DNA of 64,000 bases from Ostrea edulis. Lineage: Eukaryota. This document shows, one piece after another, positions 50,800-64,000 of the stretch. Location of the stretch: contig NC_079164.1 in NCBI RefSeq assembly GCF_947568905.1, positions 81,716,001 through 81,780,000 on the forward strand, in the 5' to 3' direction. The notes under the pieces are model-generated. The model did not search any database, was not told the DNA's origin, and saw nothing but the letters and a program-made list of their open reading frames with translations. Within the stretch, counting starts at the first letter, position 1, and each line of letters opens with the position of its first letter. Both the position numbers and the translations under genes were made by a program.

Positions 50800-53700
50800 A
50801 GATCGGTAAAGTTGGCTACTAGTAACCAGCTACTAGTAACTGGCTACTTAAAAAGAGAAAAGTTGGCTACTAGTAGCCAGCTACTTGAACCAGGAAAAGT
50901 TAGCTACTAGTAGCCAGTTACTAGTAGCCAGCTACTAAAAGTATGAAAAGTTAGCTACTCGTAGCCAGCTACTACAAAATATAAAAGTTATAATTACTGA
51001 GTGATAGCTCGCTACCAGATAAAAGTTAATGAGTTTGAAAATTATTATCTATCAGATTTATTTCTAAAGAGGACGAGGAGTCGTATGAAATTTCATGCTC
51101 AATTATCCCCAATTACATAACATTGCAATGCAAAATACGAATAAACTTTTTCAACTGAGTGTTTACTTTAAAAGTGATACGGATTGAATTCAGACATTCA
51201 ATCATTTGATATACCATCCATTTTGAGATATCTGCTACTTTTACAATTTGATTCGAGTTACCCTGAAATTTCAACATAAGTGTGAATACCGTAAGAAACT
51301 TTATGTTTGACTTTATGTTTGTATTAGATATCTGACGAATTTACGACTATACATATGGCAAGAAGTGATAGATGGTGTTTTGGTACTCCACGAATTTTCA
51401 GATATCGCTCTTTAGGAAATCAGTTACTTATACATTTTGATTATCGGTACAATGAAATTTCAAGATCCGTGTGAATACCTTAAGGAACTCCGTGTTTATA
51501 TCATAAATTTAACTAACTTACAACGATACGTATGGCAAGTAGTGATATTGGGTATCGTGATATGTCATCAATTTTCAGATATCACGCTTAAGGAAGTCAG
51601 CTACATGTACCTTTTGATGGCAGGTAAACTGAAATTTAAAGTTTTTCGCAAATATCTTGAGGAACTCTGAGTTTGTATTAGATATCTAACGAATTTACAA
51701 TTATCAAAGTGAAGAAGAGTGATATTAGGTATCTTGACATGCCATCAATTTTCAGATATCACGCTTAAGGAAGTCATCTACTTATACCTTTTGATTCCTG
51801 GTATCCTGAAATTTCACGTTTTTCATAAATATCTTAAAGAACCCTGTGCTTGTATTAGATATCTGACGAGTTTACAACTATCCATGTGAAGTGGAGTGGT
51901 ACTAGGTATCTTGATATGCCATTAATTTTGAGATACCACGCTTAAGGAAGTCAACTACTTATACCTTTTGATTGCAGGTAACCTGAAAATTAAACTTTTT
52001 AGAAAATATATTAAGGAACTCCGTCTTTGTTTGAAATATCTGATTAATTTACCAATGCACATATGACAAAATCTGATACTAGGTATCTTGATATGCCATC
52101 ATTTTTCAGATATCACTCTTAAGGAAGTCAGCTACATATACCTTTTGATGGCAGGTAAACTGAAATTTCAAGTTTTTCGCAAATATCTTAAGGAACTCTG
52201 TATTTGTATTAGATATCTGACTAATTTAAAACTACCCACGTGAAGTGGTGTGATATTAGATATCTTGATATGCCAACAATTTTCGGATATCATACTTAAC
52301 GAAGTCAGTTACTTACACCTTTTGATTCCAGGTAACCTGAAATTTCAAGTTTTCCGTAGATATCTTCAAGAACGCCTTGTTTGTATTAGATATCTGACTA
52401 ATTTATAACTATCCATGTGAAGTGGAATGGTATTAGGTATCTTGATATGCCATCAATTTTCAGATATCACCCTTAAGGAAGTCAGCTACTTATACCTTTT
52501 GATTCCTGGTATCCTGAAATTTCACGTTTTTCCTAAATATCTTAAAGAACCCTGTGCTTGTATTAGATATCTGACGAGTTTACAACTATCCATGTGAAGT
52601 GGAGTGGTACTAGGTATCTTGATATGCCATCAATTTTCAGATATCACCCTTAAGGAAGTCAGCTACTTATACCTTTTGATTGCAGGTAACCTGAAATTTC
52701 AAGTTTTTCATAAATTTCTCAAAGAACTCTGTGTTTGTACTAGAAATCTGACTAATTTACAATTAACCACGTGAAGAAGACTGATATTAGGTGTCTTGAT
52801 ATACCATCAATTTTTAGATATCACGCTTAAGGAAGTCAGCTACTTATACCTTTTGATTGCAGGTAAACTCAAATTTCAAGTTTTTCATAAATATCTTAAA
52901 GAACTCTGTATTTGTATTAGATATCTGACTAATTTACAACTATACACGTGAAGAGGTGTGATATTAGGTATATTCATATGCCAACAATTTTGAGATATCA
53001 CGCTTAAGGAAGTCGGCTACTTATACTTTTTGATTGCAGGTAACCTAAAATTTCAAGTTTTCCGTAGATATCTTAAGGAACTCTGCGTTTATATTCGATA
53101 TCTGACCAAGTTCCAACTATCCACGTGAAGAGGAGTGATATTAGGGATCTTGATATGCCATCAATTTTCAGATATCACCCTTAAGGAAGTCAGCTACTTA
53201 TACCTTTTGACTCCTCGACACCTAAAATTTCAACTTTTTCATAAATATCTTAAGTAACTCTGCTTTTGTATTAGATATCTGACTAACTTACAACTATGCA
53301 CATGAAGAGGAGTGATATTAGGTATCTTGATATACAATTAATTTTCAGATATCACCCTTAAGGAAGTCAGCTACTTGTACATTTTGATTGCAGGTAAACT
53401 GAAATTTCAAGTGTTTAGTAAATATTTTGAGGATTTCCGTTTTTGTTTTAGATATCTGATTAATTTACCAATGCACATATGACAGGGAGTTATATTAAGT
53501 ATCTTGATATGCCTTCAATTTTGAGATATCACGCTTAATGAAGTCAGCTACTTGTACATTTTGATTGCACGTAACCTGAAATTTCAAGTTTTTAGAAAAT
53601 ATTTTAAGGAGCTCCGTGTTTGTTTTAGATATTTGATTAATTTACCAATGCACACATGACAAGATGTGATATTAGGTATTTTGATATGCCATCAATTTTC

Positions 53701-56700
53701 TAATATCACGTTTAAGGAAGTCAGCTACTTATACCATTTGATTCTAGGTAGACTGAAATTTCAAGTTTTCCGTCATATCTTAAGGAACTCTGCGTTTATA
53801 TTAGATATATCACTAATTTACCATCTCACATATGACAAGGAGTGATATTAAGTATCTTATTATGATATCAATTTTCAGATATCACGCTTAAGGAAGTTAG
53901 CTACTTAGACCTTTTGATTCCTGGTTACCTGAAATTTCAAATGTTTTGTAGATATCTTTTAAGGAACTTTGTGTTTGTATTAGATATCAGACTAATTATC
54001 TACTTTCAACCTGAAGAGGAGTGGTATTAGGTATCTTGAAATGCAATCAATTGTCAGATAGATATGTTAGATACTTGACTAATTTATCTTTGCCGATATT
54101 ACAGAGCTTTATATGAATTGTAAACTACTATCCACGTGAAGAGGTATGATAATAGGTATCAAGATACCTAATATCACTCTTCTTCACGTGGGTGGTTGTA
54201 AGTTAGTCAGATATCTAATACAAACGCAGAGATCCTCAAGATATTTACGGAAAACTTCAAATTTCAGGTTACTTAGAATCAAAAAGTATAAGTAGCTAAC
54301 TTCCTCAAGGGTGATATTTGAAAATTGATGGCATATCAAGATACCTAATACCACTCCACTTCATATGGATAGTTGTAAATTAGTCAGATATCTAATACAA
54401 ACAAGGCGTTCTTTAAGATATTTATGAAAAACTTGAAATTTCAGGTTACCTGTAATCAAAAGGTATAAGTAGCTGACTTCCTTAAGGGTGATATCTCAAA
54501 ATTGATGGCATATCAAGATATCTAATACCATTCCACTTCACATGGATAGTTGTAAATTTGTCAGATATCTAATACAAACAAGGAGTTCTTTAAGATATTT
54601 ATGAAAAACTTGAAATTTCAGGTTACCAGGAATCAAAAGGTATAAGTAGCTGACTTCCTTAAGCGTGATATCTAGAAATTTATGGCATATCAAGATACCT
54701 AGTACCACTCCACTTCACATGGACAGTTGTAAACTAGTCAGATATCTAATACAAACACAGAGTTCTTTAAGATATTTATGAAAAACGTGAAATTTCAGGA
54801 TACCAGGAATCAAAAGGTATAAGTAGCTGACTTCCTTAAGCGTGATATCTGGAAATTTATGGCATATCAAGATACCTAGTACCACTCCGCTTCACATGGA
54901 CAGTTGTAAACTAGTCAGATATCTAATACAAGCAGATAGTTCTATAAGATATTGATGAAAAACGTGAAATTTCAGGATACCAGGAATCAAAAGGTATAAG
55001 TAGCTGACTTCCTTAAGCGTGATATCTGGAAATTGATGGCATGTCAAGATACCTAATATCACTCTTCTTCACTTTGATAATTGTAAATTAGTCAGATATC
55101 TAATACAAACTCAGAGTTCCTTAAAATATTGTTGAAAACTTGAAATTTCAGGTTACCTGTAATCAAAAGGTATAAGTAGCTGACTTCCTTAAGGGTGATA
55201 TCTCAAAATTGATGGCATATCAAGATATCTAATACCATTCCACTTCACATGGATAGTTGTAAATTTGTCAGATATCTAATACAAACAAGGAGTTCTTTAA
55301 GATATTTATGAAAAACTTGAAATTTCAGGTTACCAGGAATCAAAAGGTATAAGTAGCTGACTTCCTTAAGCGTGATATCTAGAAATTTATGGCATATCAA
55401 GATACCTAGTACCACTCCACTTCATATGGATAGTTGTAAACTAGTCAGATATCTAAAACAAACACAGAGTTCTTTAAGATATTTATGAAAAACGTGAAAT
55501 TTCAGGATACCAGGAATCAAAAGGTATAAGTAGCTGACTTCCTAAAGCGTGATATCTGGAAATTGATGGCATGTCAAGATACCTAATATCACTCTTCTTC
55601 ACTTTGATAATTGTAAATTCGTCAGATATCTAATACAAACCCAGAGTTCCTTAAAATATTGGTAGAAAACTTGAAATTTCATGTTACCTGCAATCAAAAG
55701 GTATAAGTAGCTGACTTCCTTAAGGGTGATATCTGAAAATTTATGGCATGTCAAGATACCTAATACCATTCCACTTCACATGGATAGTTATAAATTAGTC
55801 AGATATCTAATACAAACAAGGCGTTCTTTAAGATATCTACGGAAAACTTGAACTTTCAGGTTACCTGGAATCAAAAGGTATAAGTAGCTGACTTCGTTAA
55901 GTATGATATCCGAAAATTGTTGGCATATCAAGATATCTAATATCACACCACTTCACGTGGGTAGTTTTAAATTAGTCAGATATCTAATACAAATACAGAG
56001 TTCCTTAAGATATTTGCGAAAAACTTGAAATTTCAGTTTACCTGCCATCAAAAGGTATATGTAGCTGACTTCCTTAAGAGTGATATCTGAAAAATGATGG
56101 CATATCAAAATACCTAGTATCAGATTTTGTCATATGTGCATTGGTAAATTAATCAGATATTTCAAACAAAGACGGAGTTCCTTAATATATTTTCTAAAAA
56201 GTTTAATTTTCAGGTTACCTGCAATCAAAAGGTATAAGTAGTTGACTTCCTTAAGCGTGGTATCTCAAAATTAAAGGCATATCAAGATACCTAGTACCAC
56301 TCCACTTCACATGGATAGTTGTAAACTCGTCAGATATCTAATGCAAGCACAGAGTTCTTTAAGATATTTATGAAAAACTTGAAATTTCAGGATACCAGGA
56401 ATCAAAAGGTATAAGTATCTGACTTCCTTAAGCGTGATATCTGGAAATTGATGGCATGTCAAGATACCTAATATCACTCTTCTTCACTTTGATAATTGTA
56501 AATTCGTCAGATATCTAATACAAACTCAGAGTTCCTCAAGATATTTGCGAAAAACTTGAAATTTCAGTTTACCTGCCATCAAAAGGTATATGTAGCTGAC
56601 TTCCTTAAGCGTGATATCTGAAAATTGATGACATATCACGATACCCAATATCACTACTTGCCATACGTATCGTTGTAAGTTAGTTAAATTTATGATATAA

Positions 56701-57384
56701 ATACGGAGTTCCTTAAGGTATTCACACGGATCTTGAAATTTCATTGTACCGATAATCAAAATGTATAAGTAACTGATTTCCTAAAGAGCGATATCTGAAA
56801 ATTCGTGGAGTACCAAAACACCATCTATCACTTCTTGCCATATGTATAGTCGTAAATTCGTCAGATATCTAATACAAACATAAAGTTTCTTACGGTATTC
56901 ACACTTATGTTGAAATTTCAGGGTAACTCGAATCAAATTGTAAAAGTAGCAGATATCTCAAAATGGATGGTATATCAAATGATTGAATGTCTGAATTCAA
57001 TCCGTATCACTTTTAAAGTAAACACTCAGTTGAAAAAGTTTATTCGTATTTTGCATTGCAATGTTATGTAATTGGGGATAACTGAGCATGAAATTTCATA
57101 CGACTCCTCGTCCTCTTTAGAAATAAATCTGATAGATAATAATTTTCAAACTCATTAACTTTTATCTGGTAGCGAGCTATCACTCAGTAATTATAACTTT
57201 TATATTTTGTAGTAGCTGGCTACGAGTAGCTAACTTTTCATACTTTTAGTAGCTGGCTACTAGTAACTGGCTACTAGTAGCTAACTTTTCCTGGTTCAAG
57301 TAGCTGGCTACTAGTAGCCAACTTTTCTCTTTTTAAGTAGCCAGTTACTAGTAGCTGGTTACTAGTAGCCAACTTTACCGATCT
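50800..57384. mobile_element. 6.6-kb foldback element (giant palindrome of 177-bp satellite arms), 9-bp TSD TAATTTTAA
   Basis: Ends AGATCGGTAAAG..CTTTACCGATCT; TSD at 50791-99 and 57385-93. The about 0.63-kb unique termini are near-identical in opposite orientation; 177-bp units are forward to about 54160 and reversed after; centre TAGGTATC-AA-GATACCTA. Confidence 0.9.
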
Positions 57385-59703
57385 TAATTTTAATCAGATT
57401 GAGGACTAGGCTTATTACATATTACAGACACGAAAACTACAAGTACAGTGCATGCCAACATAACTAATCTGAGACACAAATTTATACAACACAAAATAAA
57501 GGAGATATGTAACGATAAGAAGTTCATGCTAACAAAATATATATAATCAGAAAACAGAAGGACTAATTAAAGCAATGTCAAATAAATATTACTTTTAGCT
57601 GCAAATTTAAAACATAATTAAAAGCTGCATAGATGTATAGAGTAACTTAAACTAGCATGCTCATCAAAAGTAAGAAAATATCATTAAAAACATTAAGAAA
57701 AAAATAGTAATATATAGGCCTATGTATTTGAAAGCTATAATTTTATAAAATAAATATGAAAAAAATCAAGCACTAAGAAGAAAAATAATAATCACAAAAC
57801 TGCATAGGGCACCAGGGGACAGCACTTAAGAATCTCTTAATATTGTATTTAACAGGATTTCCCCTGTAGATCTATCCAATAGCGTGCTTGAAGCTAAACG
57901 AGACAATATATTTATTAAATACAGGTAGATCCGCCACATGTGCCATCAAACGATCGGATTATCCATGGCGAAGCAGGATGAAATGAATTATTTCATCCCT
58001 GTCTATACCTCGATCGATTTTCATACAGTATATTCGTCGCAAGCTTATCGATTAATCTGCATTGCTTATTTCAGGTAGGCCCTAGTTTACTGACTGTCAT
58101 TCTTCTTCATTGGCCATTGGCGCTTTTTCGTGGGGTACACTTTATGTGAAATTGCCACCCGAATGATATGCCATTCGGAATCTCTTAGCAGACGTTTTGT
58201 GGAAAAAAATGGAGTCCTCGGCTTAGTTTACGTGTAAACCTTTAAATTCTTTGTCACTCAGACTTTGTTAGGATAACTTTGATAATGAAAACGAGATACT
58301 TATCAAGTCAGAGTATGGAATTAATAATTCGACACTAAAACTGTAAGGTAAGTTCATTTTTAAAATCATTCAGAAGGCTGCATGAAATATTGCTATGTTG
58401 TGGTCGTGGCCATGGATCTATGAAATTTAATTGATATTATTACAATTATCATTAGTGATATGTGAAATCCACATTCAACAAGCCTAATAGAAAATATGAC
58501 AATACTGTACTTGAACTGTTCTGCAGTCAGGGAAGGGGGGGGGGGGGGTGTTATTATAAAAGGGCCCCAGCTGTAAAGGTTTTAATGATCTTAAACTCCC
58601 CAAGGGCCATAACAAATTGAGCTAAACATTATGTACACTATCATGAACTTAAAAAATGAGAGAAGAAATATTAATAATTTGAAAAACACACAAAAAAGAT
58701 GCATGACACTTGTGAGATAATTGAATAACAGAGTGGTAGAGGTGCCCCAAACTCTGGATGGTGGCACTAAAGATAGATTAGAATGATTACAAGAAAGTCT
58801 ATTGATTTGATTTCTATAAATTGCCATCAATGCTGGTGTCACAGGAATTATAAAGCATCAGTGTCAGAATCATTATTAAGGAATGTGTTGCATGCTCTAG
58901 AGCTACGATGAGAAAGATAGCTAGTGCTATTACAGGATGAATAACATGTCATAATGGCTAGCTTTTTGGAAACACAATTGCATAAATATGACTGATATAT
59001 CATATGTCCTTTGTCAGAAGAGTTATAGCTCAGTAGGTTAACACATTGCTGTTGATCTGTACATCGAGTTTGAGTCTCACTGGGGTTTTAATATTTTCCC
59101 AGGTCTGTGATTTGATCAAAACTATAAACACATTTTCAATAGATAAGGCTGATTTTAAATTCTTCTATTTCGAAATATAACTCTGGATATCTTCCAATTT
59201 TCATCCAATATATACTTAAAGTTTTCTTTGGTGTGTTATACCATATGTGTTAGATCTTTCTTTTTTTCTTTTTTTTTTACCAAATATGTCAAAATGCACT
59301 ACATGTGATGATGTTGGTATTCATTGTGAATAATAGGGTTAAGGCACTTACCGTAGTTGGAACTCAAATAGGTATTCGCAGCTCATTTAATTTAGGCTTG
59401 AGGCATGAATTCTAGAGGGGTCACTAACATATATATGATTTTGTTTTCCAACAAATTTCTCCTTGTAAGGGAGAAAATGCATTACCAGTATTAGACAGGG
59501 ATTTGGTTGTCCTGAATCTCTTGTAAGATGCTGCACTACATGAGCTATTTGGCCACTAAATCAAACCTGGCTGCATGATTACAACCTAAACATTTATGAT
59601 CTTCCCTTTGCTGTAAAAGATTCACAACCCGGACTGGGATATAATTGGAACCCACCCCCAAATATCTGCCTACTGAGCTATCTTGGCATTGAGATGGAAC
59701 CAG

Positions 59704-59944
59704 GCCTGAAGGTTATAACATTTTTACCGTACTCATACTCAAACTCGGCCATGTTTGTTTTGGGTACAACGCTGAGTATATAAACTCCAAACATACTCGG
59801 AAAATCTTGAGCATTTGAGTGTAAGAATATGATTTTATGAAAGTTTTATAACCTTCACTTTTAATTATGAGTACGATTTAGAACACAGAGTTTTGAATTT
59901 GAGTATGAAAACCTACTGGTCAAGAAGTTTTATAACCTACAGGC
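59704..59944. mobile_element. MITE, PIF/Harbinger-like (CAG TSD)
   Basis: TIR GCCTGWAGGTTATAA; CAG at 59701-03 and 59945-47. Confidence 0.7.
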
Positions 59945-60659
59945 CAGGTCGACCTTAAGAATATGATATATATAGGATGATACACTCATATGTTAAGAAA
60001 TGGTATACTGGTATTAGGTGTTTATAGTTACTAGTAGATTTGATTTTAATTCTGATTACTGTGATGCTTGCACATTTACTTGATTATACTTGGGAACTCT
60101 GTACTGCAGTAGCCTATACAGATTTGTCAGACAGGACAAGATCACTAACGAGCATTACAATATAGTGTACATGTAGGGATTGACATTTTACAGTTACTGA
60201 ATATTGCCGAGTTTGATGTAAGGAATGATGAATGCAACATAAAATTGCAATTAAGATTCTCCCCTCTAATTTAACCAGTGCATGCTTATTGGGAAAAATC
60301 TGATTTAAGTACCAAATGACCTTTTAGGATATGGAAATGTATGTAGATAGAATTATTCACACAGAAACGTAGTGGTAATTAGCTTACTCTGCAGCTAAAT
60401 AATCTTATTATAGGGATTGGAAATATGGTGATCCAAAGTTCCAGAACTGATGTTATTGGAGCAGCATAGCTAATTATTATTAATTATAAGCATCAAAATC
60501 TGTCAAACCAGTAGGAATGGACGCAACATTTCTCAATAATGTATAATTTTTAACTTTGACATTTCGCATATAATTCACTTGCATTCTATCTCATTTATAC
60601 CTGTGTGGATCCGGGTTGGAATAAGTTCTCAATACCCCATACATGTGTACTTATCCTTT

Positions 60660-60836
60660 GGATGAGATCGCATGTGTGGCATGATAAAGAATTTAAGATC
60701 CCTCCCTGTTCAAAGGCCATTTAAGCACCGAGCATAGGCTTAAGTTTTGCAGGCCTTTTACTGACAATCGTGACGTCTCCATATGAATGAAAAAAATTCA
60801 AGGTGGATGTTAAACAATATACAATCAATCAATCAT
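60660..60836 (+). mobile_element. SINE 3' fragment
   Basis: GTGGCATGATAAAGAA..GTGACGTCTCCATATG..AAACAATATACAATCAATCAATC matches the tail at 4423-4535. Confidence 0.65.
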
Positions 60837-61260
60837 TTCTACAAAAAATCTCACCCAGTTTGTTTTAGAGATAGCATATTTTTGACAGTTCCTGGTTGTT
60901 GTAAGTAAAAATGTAAAGTCAGCACTTAGAAGTGGTCCTTGGACTTGGGTAAGAAAGTCAGCACTTAGAAGTGGTCCTTGGACTTGGGTAAGGCCATAAA
61001 AAATGTTCGTTTCCTGTTACCCGACCTACCTATATACTCTTGAACAGCTGCCGACCTGGATTTTCTAACCAAATTTCCAAAAATAAAAAATCATTTCCAG
61101 AGTCTGATCAGAATTTGTTTTAGATAAATCCGATCCAAGTATATAAAACAAAATGGTAGCTCCCAGTGGCATGGGAGCCAGCCTGGTATTCAAAGAATGC
61201 AGTTATCACAGTGAGATCATCGTGATTATATGATTTTGTAACTCGAGTACTCTCTTAGAT

Positions 61261-61368
61261 CACAGGGGCTAAGCCCGCTTGGGCCCGAACTCAGTGATAC
61301 CATAAATATATATTTATGGTATCACAGAGTATCACAGAGTTTGGGCCCAAACGGGCTTAGCCCCTTTG
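61261..61368. mobile_element. 108-bp palindromic MITE, possible 8-bp TSD (hAT-like)
   Basis: Arms GGGGCTAAGCCCG.TTGGGCCC.AACTC.GTGATACCATAAATAT; flanks TCTTAGAT / TCTTAGAG (7 of 8 match); 10-bp duplication in the right arm. Confidence 0.6.
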
Positions 61369-61389
61369 TCTTAGAGTTAGATACATGTA

Positions 61390-61600
61390 CTCATGGCCAA
61401 CAGCACAAAGCTGGACCTCCGTTTTTTAAGGTCATATATTCCAAAACACCCATGATTCTTACATCTAATGCCAAGCATTTCGAGAAGGTCGAGCGGTCAC
61501 TGCTTGTGTTTACATCTTGGGACTTGCGTGGCCGTGGCACAAGCAGGGCTCAAACGCACAACCTCCCAGTTAAGAAGCAAACCCTGCAGTCTATCAACTG
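61390..61600 (-). mobile_element. Degenerate tRNA-SINE of the 19882 subfamily
   Basis: GGACCTCCGTTTTTTAAGGTCATAT..GGCTCAAACGCACAACCTCCCAGTT is a decayed reverse complement of the SINE at 19882. Confidence 0.6.
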
Positions 61601-63178
61601 CAAGGATACTATACACCTGAGGTGCAGGGTCCGATTTCTTAAATTTAGGTATGACACTGCGACTTAATGCGTAATCAACTCTTGTAATTTAGTTCTTAGT
61701 GTATGTTAATTTCTTGAAGTTAGGTAAACTGCAACCCCCTGAAAATAATAAATTGAAAAAAACTTGCCTACCTGGATTTTTTGCCTTGGTAACAGGAAAC
61801 AAACATTTATTTATATATAGAATTTTTCTACTTTAATCCCTGCATCATTTTCCAGATATAAAGTAAACTAAGTACTTGGTGCTTTGTGGTATATTACATT
61901 TTTAGGTGGACTCCCCAAACTACCACCAGAGTTTGCTTGTAAAATCGGCTCTCATGTATTACAGAAGTTTGTATATATCATATAGACATTACAAAGTGTG
62001 TGTGCGGAAATGCAGAGAACTATGGGCAGCATATGGTTGACTATCAAAAGAACTATTCATTTTGATCATGTTTTTCCAACTGCTGAAGTAATACTCAAAT
62101 TGTTTTTGCTTTCAGATTTCGATCCTGTAAATTGTACAAAATAGTTTGAACAAGTATATAATTTATTTTATTGAAGTTCATTCCCTTTTAACAATTTTAA
62201 AGTATGTGCTGTAACAACATATTAGTTTATTACATCTGTATTAAATTAATAATTCATAAAGTAGAAAAATTGTCTGCACATTATGCATAATTATCAGATC
62301 ATACTCATTACTGACTAAAAAAGCTCAGGTGGAAACCATGCACATAACTGATAGCCAATAATTTTGGTTACAGGCAGTGCTGGACTCCCAAAACAACTAT
62401 ATAATCACTATTTTCTATGGATATATTATTCATATTATAAGTCTGTTTATGAAATTTAGGGTAAAATTCAGGATAGGGAAAAAGAAATGGTAGTGGACAG
62501 GATGTTGCTTAAAGTATTATATATAATACATGTATTTAATTGGAAAGTTTGCATTTTGGACAATTTTTCTAAGCATGGAAATGCTGAATGTGTTGGAAAG
62601 ATGAAGATTATAACATGGCTGTAATGCCTGAATATCAGCTTTGAATCAATGAATAGTACATCTGTTATTAAAAATTGATTGAGCGCTGTTAATTTAAAGA
62701 GATGTAACAGTATGTGCTTCCGATTGGATATTTACTTTATGGAGGATATATTCATGGCAAATGCTTCCTCATATATTTTTTATTGAGAGAATGTATCTTA
62801 TCTACAACGGGAGTGTGCATGTGAGGTTTAAAAATGACGTTGATTGTTCAGCAGCTGAATACTTTAATGCATTCAGTCTACATATGTACACAATGGAGTA
62901 ATTGTATTCAGTTTAACATTCAGCTAACATGATTAGTGCAAACCTATACAGCAACAATTACTTGCTCCGAGATTATAGTAATATCTCATCTGTGAATGTC
63001 ATCTGTATATGAACTAGTAGCAGGACCAATCCATTTTATTTGGTAATAATTAGACCTACAAGATACAGAAATTCATGAATACTGAATTGTCTCTTCATTG
63101 TTTTCTGGCAAATTCTCTCTGAATTTGTGACACATTGATTTCTTTGTGCAGTAGGATGACTCTGAGACTTCATGCATC

Positions 63179-63283
63179 ATGAGTGAGACAAAAGGATTGA
63201 ATGGAGTGGTAAGGGCTTATGATGGATATGGCAGTGTCAACAGGAATGAAGATAAAGTCCGCATCCTAGCAGAGGAGGAGGTG
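63179..63283 (+). CDS. Candidate first coding exon of an unidentified gene continuing beyond the window (MSETKGLNGVVRAYDGYGSVNRNEDKVRILAEEEV)
   Basis: Pyrimidine-rich acceptor TTTCTTTGTGCAGTAG at 63139-54, open frame, strong donor GTG|GTAAGT at 63283/84. Confidence 0.4.
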
Positions 63284-64000
63284 GTAAGTACTGGAGGATT
63301 AACACTCATCCGTAATCTTTGTGTATCTATAGTACTGGAGGATTAACACTCATCCGTAATCTTTGTGTATCTATAATCTAGTAGAGGAGGAGGTGGTAAG
63401 TACTGGAGGATTAACACTTATCCGTAATCTTTGTGTATCTAATATCCTAGGCTAAGAGTGTATTCTTGCAAGTTGGGCAGGAGATTAAGTGAACTAAGTT
63501 TTTATCCACTTAAAGTAGAAGAGTTTGCTATTATGATGCTGTGACTCTCTGTCAAAACCCCAACTTTCGAGATACAATATGCAAATAAAGAAGAGGCCTT
63601 TCGTTTTGATCTTGAGCTGAAGTATTGCTATTATGCAATATAAAGTTGATGTTAAATCCTTCCCTGGTGAAATTACCCAGTACCTAGTGTTATTAAGAGG
63701 ATGAGAGCCTCCAGTTTGAGTAGACTTATGACAATGTGAATACAGTACAATGTTCCAATGACACAACAACATGCAACATAAGTGACCACATAGGGATTCA
63801 AACTAGCTACATGTATCTCAATTGCCACATTAAGCTAATAGACCTGAGTTACATGCTTTTTACAATTGTTACATTAATTGTAATTACATGTAGTTGATAT
63901 TTTATATTATTATACTTTTATTTAAAATACTCAAATCTGATTGGTCGAGAAGCATTTGAAAAAACATTGTTACCCTCTGAGAACAGAAAGCACGCGCCCC

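Noticed and set aside
51437-56759. Twin 77-aa ORFs (51437-51670 + and 56526-56759 -) as duplicated genes
   Set aside because: They are chance ORFs in the mirrored satellite arms of the foldback.
58270-58347. 5' UTR exon and promoter for the 63179 exon
   Set aside because: There is a good donor (AAG|GTAAGT), but no sequence evidence links it to the downstream exon.
60993-61812. Larger TIR element enclosing the 61261 palindrome and the SINE
   Set aside because: Only a partial TIR match (TGTTYGTTTCCTGTTACC) and no clear right end or TSD.

Overview
Eukaryotic, AT-rich, intron-containing genomic DNA. The repeat content (Helentron/HINE with Cg170-like units, tRNA-SINEs, Penelope fragments) suggests an oyster-like bivalve; this is inference. 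The first 35 kb hold a tandem cluster of seven diverged, intact paralogs encoding type-I membrane leucine-rich-repeat proteins of about 390-405 aa: signal peptide, Cys-capped LRR ectodomain, Cys stalk, one TM helix and a short basic tail with no TIR domain. One paralog is on the - strand and cut by the window edge; six are on the + strand. All share phase-1 introns and a 66-72 nt middle exon, except paralog 2, which has lost intron 1. The rest is mobile and repetitive DNA: a degenerate Gypsy, a solo LTR, a dead mariner, Penelope fragments, SINEs and many MITEs with readable TSDs. Two elements stand out: a 383-bp insertion carrying a degenerate type-I hammerhead ribozyme, whose 5' end sits at the predicted cleavage site, and a 6.6-kb foldback palindrome with a 9-bp TSD. 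Unidentified coding-like segments lie at 41-48.6 kb (- strand) and at 63.2 kb (+ strand). Exon boundaries and TSDs were read by eye; family assignments are from recalled motifs, not database searches.
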